A stretch of DNA of 16,231 nucleotides from Candidatus Eiseniibacteriota bacterium (lineage in GTDB: Bacteria > Eisenbacteria > RBG-16-71-46 > SZUA-252). Below, piece after piece: positions 11,217-16,231 of this stretch. A model generated the notes under the pieces. The model ran no database searches. It was not told where the DNA came from and worked only from the letters and a program-made list of their open reading frames with translations. The translations under genes and the position numbers were made by a program. Numbering within the stretch: the first letter of the stretch is position 1; every line of letters starts with the position of its first letter. The stretch spans positions 1 to 16,231 of the forward strand of contig JANMQV010000098.1 in NCBI GenBank assembly GCA_031370645.1, given 5' to 3'.

Positions 11217-11245
11217 AAGCTACACCACGTGGAACGGAGTGTCAC
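11217..11245 (-). promoter_or_regulatory. Candidate sigma70 promoter for the aminopeptidase (leaderless-type)
   Basis: On the minus strand: GTGACA (11245-11240), 17 nt, TAGCTT (11222-11217), 8 nt (CCCTACCC), ATG 11208. No Shine-Dalgarno. Confidence 0.5.
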
Positions 11246-11294
11246 GCGGCTTACCATGTTGCACCCTCCACGAAAGACGCAGCCTTAGCTCAGA

Positions 11295-11330
11295 CCCTTA
11301 GCTCCGGTGGTAGAGCGCCTGCCTCTTAAG
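11295..11330 (+). pseudogene. tRNA-Lys(CTT)-like 5' half (truncated tRNA remnant)
   Basis: CCCT-TA-GCTC-CGGTGGTA-GAGC-G-CCTGC-CTCTTAA-G gives U8A9, a 4-bp D stem (11301-11304/11313-11316) with a GG D-loop, the anticodon 5' strand, and a 7-nt loop with CTT (11325-11327). The expected GCAGG 3' strand, paired T arm and acceptor 3' strand are absent. Confidence 0.6.
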
Positions 11331-11353
11331 GGCTCTCAAAAGTTTTGGGAGCC
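11331..11353. repeat. Near-perfect 23-bp palindrome immediately after the tRNA fragment
   Basis: GGCTCTCAAAA-G-TTTTGGGAGCC: 11-bp arms with one G-T pair. Confidence 0.8.
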
Positions 11354-11634
11354 GAGTTCGTAGATACGTCCCGCACAAGAGATCGGATCACTGGATCAGT
11401 GCGCCTCATACCCCTGAAGCCTCTGTGAGGCTTGCCCATCGTCCGGCCGTGGCCCACGCTTCTAGGTATCCCTCCGTCCCATGTCGCCGTCGAGCTCGAT
11501 CCTGCTAAGATTAAGACTTCCTCCAGAGTGCGGTTCAACAGTATTCCGGATCGGGATATGGCCATGAATTAGGCGCTCCCAGCGTCTCAGTCGTCTCGAT
11601 GGACTTCATGTTTGCTGTGAGCGGGAGAGAGACA

Positions 11635-14600
11635 ATGCGAATCGGAACCATCGCAACAGCGCTCGGACTTTTCGTCCTCGCGATGGGCCCGGCCCTGGCC
11701 GCAGCCGAGGACGCCGAATACAACGGACAGGCTGGTCTATCGGCAGCTGCCGCGGCTCGCTCTGCAGCGATAAGTGGGCCGATCATCAGCATCCAACCCC
11801 TGGCGCTCGACTTTGGGGTTGTGACCATCGGGGCAACAGGAACCCGGGATTACACGGTGCAGAATACCGGGGATGCGGATCTCGAAATATCGGACATCCT
11901 CATATCGGATCCGCAGTTTATGACGAACCAGCCGCTTCCCATGACACTGGGCCCCGGTAGCTCCTTCGTGGCCAACGCCAAGTTCACGCCGACAGGCGGC
12001 ACCGTCGTCGGGACACTGGAGGTCCGCAGCAATGCTACGAACGGGGCGTTCACGATCCTCGCAAGCGGTCGGGCGAACACAGCGCCGGTAATCGACCCCA
12101 TCGGGAGCATCTCGGCGATCGCTATGATTCCTCTCCAATTTACGGTCCACGCCACCGATCTCGACACTGACCCCATCTTCCTTTCCGCCGACGGACTCCC
12201 CCCGGGGGCCACATTTGAAAACGTAAGTGGGACGTTTTCCTGGACGCCCACGGCCGACGACGCGGGTGTTCATGCCGTGACGATCACCGCATCGGATGGG
12301 TACGCGAGCAGCACCCTCGACATCACCATCACGGTAACCGTGCTCAACCATCCTCCATTTGCGGATCCGGGGGGACCCTACATAGGCACGGCCGAGGCGC
12401 CGGTCTCCTTCGACGGCTCAGGTTCGTATGATCCGGAGGGGAGCAGCCTCGACTTCCACTGGACGTTCGGAGATGGCGGGGCCGGATCGGGGGAAAGGCC
12501 GGCCTATGCGTATCGCAGTGGGGGGATTTACGCGGTCACGCTCGAGGTAGTTGACGTCGGGATCCCAAACCTCAGCGCAACCGCTTCCACATCGGCGACC
12601 ATTTCCAACGCCTATACCGATCAAGTCACGCTTTCGGCAATTCAGGACAACACGATCTATTCGGAATCGGACTCGAGCTATGGGGGCGGAATGTGTCTCC
12701 AGGTAGGGCGGCCAACCCAATCCACGGCGAACCGGCTCCAGATTCGCCGCGCCCTCGTTCAGTTCGATCTCACCTCGATCCCCGCCGGGAGTCATATCGT
12801 TTCCGCGCGACTCAACCTGTTCCGTTACCTGTCGGGGGGACCGGGAAATCACCTGCGTATCTACCGGCTTCTACAAGCCTGGGGCGAGGGGAACTCCGGC
12901 GCCTCGCAGTCCTGCACGCCGCCCCCCAGGCAGTTGGGCAGAGCCCCGACCGAAAGCTCTTCCACATGGAACTACCGGTTCTTTGGAACCGGGGCGGTGT
13001 GGAACACGGACGCAGGCGACCCGTTGCACGGCGGGAACTTCCAGAGCGCGTCCAGCGATTCCGAAAACGTATACCCCGGGGACCAGTCGGTCGGATTGAC
13101 AAGCAGCGGAATCACGAGCGACGCGGCGGACTGGGTAAGGGACCCCGCATCCAATCACGGTTGGGTTCTCCTGGGGGACGAGGCGAAACCGGGGACGGGC
13201 ATGCGATTCGCGAGCCGGCAGGACCCGCTCCCCAATCATGCGCCCTCTCTGACGGTCTTCTTCGCCCCTCCGACGGGGGCCTGCTGCAGACCGGACGGCA
13301 CGTGCGATCTCTTGACTCTAGGCGAGTGCGAGGCGGTGTCGGGGAATTATGGAGGGGACAACTCGACCTGCGCCGAGCAGGTCTGTCTCGAGCCCTACGT
13401 GGACTGGCTTCCGACTCCACCCGTAGCCGTGCCTGCCCGAGGCCGGGCGGGAGGCGAGGCCTACTACGAGATCGCGATGAAAGAATTCCGGCAGAAGCTC
13501 CACCGTGACCTGCCGCCGACAACCCTCTGGGGCTACAATGGACAGTATCCCGGACCCACGATCGAGGCCTATCGCGATCGGCCGGTTCAGGTCCGCTGGA
13601 TCAACGATCTCAGGGACTACGAGACTGGTCTCCCGCGAACAGATCATTACTTCGACGTCGACACGCGGATCCATGGCCCCGATATGGAAGGGAGGACGCC
13701 CCGCACCGTCGTGCATCTTCATGGCGGTCACGTTCCGCCCAACTTCGACGGGTTTCCGGAATCGACCTTCGTGTCGGGCGGCTCGAGGCTCTATCGGTAT
13801 CCGAACAGGCAGCTTCCCGCGACGCTTTGGTATCACGATCATGCGCTCGGCATCACCCGCTACAACGTGATGATGGGCCTGGCCGGGCTCTACCTGATCC
13901 GCGACCGAGACGAAGAAGCCCTTCAGCTTCCGAGCGGACCGTACGAGATCCCGCTCGTCATCCAGGATCGTTCCTTCAATCCCGACGGCTCGCTGCGTTA
14001 TCCGAACCAGTGGACGCCGATGTTCGTGGGAGACAAGGTGCTGGTGAACGGGAAAGTCTGGCCCAAGCTCCGCGTCGATTCGGGGAGGTACCGCTTCCGC
14101 GTCCTGAACGGCTCCAACCATCGGATATTCACGCTCGCCCTATCCGATCACCATCCGTTCCACGTGATCGGCACTGACGGCGGGCTTCTCTCGTCGCCGG
14201 TCAAGGTCCGCGAGATTTCGCTCGGCCCGGCCGAGCGGGCCGACCTCGTGCTCGACTTCGAAGGCTACGCCCCCGATTCGGCGGTGCTCCTTCTGGACAC
14301 AGTAGAGTCCGGTCAGGCGGACGCTTCGGACCCGGCTGCCTCGAGAATCATGAAGTTCATCGTTTCGGGGACGCCGGGCTCGAGGGCGCCGCTCCCACTC
14401 TCCCTGAGCCCTGTGGAGCGCATCCCGGAGAGCCAAGCCAATCGGACCCGAACGTTCGAGCTCCGTTTCGATCAGAAACTCCAGCAATTCCGCTTCGGTG
14501 ACTTCGGCTGGGAGGACGTGACCGAATTCCCGGTTCTGGGCGCCACGGAGATCTGGCAATTCGCGAACGAGACCCCGGAAACGCATCCCATCCACATGCA

Positions 14601-15639
14601 CTTGATTCAATTCCAGGTACTCGATCGCTCGAGTTTCCAGGTCGTTGACGGCAAGGTCGTTCCCGGTTCCGATCGCAGGCCGCCAGACCCCGACGAGGCT
14701 GGCTGGAAAGACACGGCCAAAGTGAAGCCCAACGAGTTGCTTCGCGTCATCATGCGATTCGGCCCGGACGGCTACTTAGGCGACTACGTCTACCACTGTC
14801 ACATGCTCGAGCACGAAGACAACGAGATGATGCGGCAGTTCAGGGTGGTTCCACCGAAGGGTCCCAAGCCGACAGTCGCGAGCGCCAAGGCAGAGCCCTC
14901 CCGGCTTTGGCCTCCCGATCTCTCCATGGTTCCCGTGAAGATCACGGGGGTGAGCGACTCGTCAGGCGCGCTCGTTTCGGTCCACGTGACCCACGTGGCG
15001 CAGGACGAGCCGATCTCGCACCGCGCGTCCCGGGGCGCGACCGCGGCGACATTTATGTCGGGCTCGGCTGCGAGGAACAAGAACCAGGACGGTGATGACG
15101 CCTGTTTCGACGCCCAGGTCGTGGATGGGCAGCTCTACCTGCGCCGGGAACGGCAGGATAGTGGGAACGGCCGCGTCTATCGCGTTTCTTTCACGGCGGT
15201 GACGCGTGACGGAGGGACCGCCGACGGCATCGTGCTCGTGGCGGTTCCGGGCAAAGCGGGGGTACGTCTGGCCGTCAATGACGGACAGACCTACAACTCG
15301 CTCGAGACTTGTGCCGAGCGAAGCGGCCGCATGCAATTGGCGACGAAGGATCAGCAGGGCGCCGGGATCGCCTTAACCACCGCGCTGCGGGCGCCCCGTA
15401 TCGAAGGGGCCCGCGCCACTGTGGAATACACCCTCGCGGCGCCCGGCGAGGTGTCGCTGATGATATTCGACGTCGCGGGGCGCCGAGTGGCCAGCCGCGA
15501 CGATATCGTGGAGGGGACGGGAGTGCACCGCGCGGCCTTCAGTCTCCAGCACATGGCTCACGGCATCTACTTCGTCAGGATGCGCGCGGGGGGGAAAGTC
15601 CTCGTCCGCCGCATGCCAATCTTGAGGACGGGCGGGTGA
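11635..15639 (+). CDS. Large secreted multidomain multicopper oxidase (CotA/bilirubin oxidase type) with Ig-like, PKD, DNRLRE-like, Cys-rich and C-terminal FlgD/T9SS-like domains
   Basis: All four copper motifs present: HLHG (13714), WYHDH (13828), HPIHMH (14584) and HCHMLEHEDNEMM (14794, axial Met). Signal peptide MRIGTIATALGLFVLAMGPALAAA from ATG 11635 after GGGAGAG. PKD-like SFDGSGSYDPEG...WTFGDG. Tail IFDVAGRRV...GIYFVRM. Confidence 0.92.
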   Translation: MRIGTIATALGLFVLAMGPALAAAEDAEYNGQAGLSAAAAARSAAISGPIISIQPLALDFGVVTIGATGTRDYTVQNTGDADLEISDILISDPQFMTNQPLPMTLGPGSSFVANAKFTPTGGTVVGTLEVRSNATNGAFTILASGRANTAPVIDPIGSISAIAMIPLQFTVHATDLDTDPIFLSADGLPPGATFENVSGTFSWTPTADDAGVHAVTITASDGYASSTLDITITVTVLNHPPFADPGGPYIGTAEAPVSFDGSGSYDPEGSSLDFHWTFGDGGAGSGERPAYAYRSGGIYAVTLEVVDVGIPNLSATASTSATISNAYTDQVTLSAIQDNTIYSESDSSYGGGMCLQVGRPTQSTANRLQIRRALVQFDLTSIPAGSHIVSARLNLFRYLSGGPGNHLRIYRLLQAWGEGNSGASQSCTPPPRQLGRAPTESSSTWNYRFFGTGAVWNTDAGDPLHGGNFQSASSDSENVYPGDQSVGLTSSGITSDAADWVRDPASNHGWVLLGDEAKPGTGMRFASRQDPLPNHAPSLTVFFAPPTGACCRPDGTCDLLTLGECEAVSGNYGGDNSTCAEQVCLEPYVDWLPTPPVAVPARGRAGGEAYYEIAMKEFRQKLHRDLPPTTLWGYNGQYPGPTIEAYRDRPVQVRWINDLRDYETGLPRTDHYFDVDTRIHGPDMEGRTPRTVVHLHGGHVPPNFDGFPESTFVSGGSRLYRYPNRQLPATLWYHDHALGITRYNVMMGLAGLYLIRDRDEEALQLPSGPYEIPLVIQDRSFNPDGSLRYPNQWTPMFVGDKVLVNGKVWPKLRVDSGRYRFRVLNGSNHRIFTLALSDHHPFHVIGTDGGLLSSPVKVREISLGPAERADLVLDFEGYAPDSAVLLLDTVESGQADASDPAASRIMKFIVSGTPGSRAPLPLSLSPVERIPESQANRTRTFELRFDQKLQQFRFGDFGWEDVTEFPVLGATEIWQFANETPETHPIHMHLIQFQVLDRSSFQVVDGKVVPGSDRRPPDPDEAGWKDTAKVKPNELLRVIMRFGPDGYLGDYVYHCHMLEHEDNEMMRQFRVVPPKGPKPTVASAKAEPSRLWPPDLSMVPVKITGVSDSSGALVSVHVTHVAQDEPISHRASRGATAATFMSGSAARNKNQDGDDACFDAQVVDGQLYLRRERQDSGNGRVYRVSFTAVTRDGGTADGIVLVAVPGKAGVRLAVNDGQTYNSLETCAERSGRMQLATKDQQGAGIALTTALRAPRIEGARATVEYTLAAPGEVSLMIFDVAGRRVASRDDIVEGTGVHRAAFSLQHMAHGIYFVRMRAGGKVLVRRMPILRTGG

Positions 15640-15664
15640 AGAAGGCCAGCTCCAGCGCGCGTTG

Positions 15665-15832
15665 CCTCTGACAGTACCACCTGAGAGCGGCCCCGTCGGG
15701 AGCAGGAGACTCGACGAAAGGTAGGCGCAGGGATTCGCTCCGCGTCGGCTCACATCCCCTCACACGGTCCCGCTGAGCCACCACCATGCGCACCTCCTTG
15801 GCAGTTCTATTAGCTTAGAACTGTCTCAGAGG
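15665..15832. ncRNA. Candidate structured non-coding element (unclassified RNA motif or MITE-like element)
   Basis: Three consecutive internal stems plus imperfect terminal inverted repeats CCTCTGACAGT (15665-15675) / ACTGTCTCAGAGG (15820-15832). Not matched to any family I recognise. Confidence 0.3.
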
Positions 15833-15978
15833 GTCGTACATATCACAAGGCATGCAGCGTCGGCGCCTGGATGCGAATCGTCACCGGCGCCGACGCGATG
15901 CGTGGTATCCGCGAGCCGCCGTTCTTGGCTCGCTCAGGTGAATTCTGATGAGCTCTCTCTTAACCTGTTCCTAAATCA

Positions 15979-16230
15979 TCAGGCCTTCTTGAACCGTTTC
16001 CCAAATGCCACCAATCCAGCCACCCCGGAGGCAAGCAAGAGCATGCCCGAGGGTTCGGGGACAGGCGACCCGCCGCCGGTGCCGCCGCCACCGTTGCCGC
16101 CGCTGCCGCCGCCGCCACTGCCGCCGCCGCCGCAGCCGCAGGAGCCGACGCTGAAGACGTAGCTGCCGAAGTCGGAGCGGTCGCTGCCGAACTAATGGGC
16201 GTAGTTCTTGTTGGAAATAACATTGACCGA
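15979..16230 (-). pseudogene. 3' end of a PEP-CTERM protein gene with an in-frame TAG (truncated by window edge)
   Basis: A minus-strand frame not in the ORF track reads SVNVISNKNYAH*FGSDRSDFGSYVFSVGSCGCGGGGSGGGGSGGNGGGGTGGGSP-VPEPSGMLLLASGVAGLVAFGKRFKKA**. It has VPEP (16062-16051), a TM helix and a basic tail; the TAG is at 16194-16192. Confidence 0.8.
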
Positions 16231-16231
16231 C

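Noticed and set aside
11417-11433. Short inverted repeat AAGCCTC-TGT-GAGGCTT
   Set aside because: It could be an operator in the divergent promoter region, but a single 7-bp arm pair is too weak to call.
15702-15746. GCAGG at 15702 and 15727 as the missing 3' half of the tRNA-Lys
   Set aside because: Neither is followed by a correctly spaced T stem-loop and acceptor strand.
15661-15790. Resemblance to c-di-GMP-I (GAAA...CGCA) or glycine (CTCTCAGGT on minus strand) riboswitches
   Set aside because: The GAAA is not closed by a paired stem, the other conserved blocks are missing, and the element lies between convergent gene ends.
15946-15953. CTGATGAG hammerhead-like core
   Set aside because: No following stem II and GAAA.
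16192-16194. Link between the in-frame TAG and the tRNA fragment (pyrrolysine or amber suppression)
   Set aside because: The fragment's anticodon is CTT, not CTA, it is incomplete, and no pyl genes are in the window.
15902-16223. Track ORFs 15902..16162 (+, poly-Pro) and 15960..16223 (-, poly-Ala)
   Set aside because: Both are out-of-frame readings of the glycine linker of the PEP-CTERM frame.

Overview
High-GC bacterial window, mostly genes for secreted or membrane proteins. Three proteins share a FlgD-Ig/T9SS-type-A-like C-terminal tail, a style that suggests an FCB-related candidate lineage such as Eisenbacteria (inference only). Gene order: 3' end of a secreted protein with that tail; a divergent K+-independent membrane pyrophosphatase (hppA); an S8 subtilase with the tail; a signal-peptide-bearing proline-iminopeptidase-like hydrolase; a Ser/Thr kinase-TolB-like-TPR protein; a secreted protein of three ~86-aa aromatic-rich repeats; a bidirectional terminator; a minus-strand M29 aminopeptidase; a divergent intergenic region with a truncated tRNA-Lys(CTT) 5' half; a ~1330-aa mosaic multicopper oxidase; a ~170-nt multi-hairpin non-coding element; and, missed by the ORF track, the 3' end of a PEP-CTERM gene with an in-frame TAG. 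No transposase, integrase, CRISPR array, rRNA or intact tRNA was seen. The most unusual part is ~11280-16231. All domain calls are by eye, without database searches.
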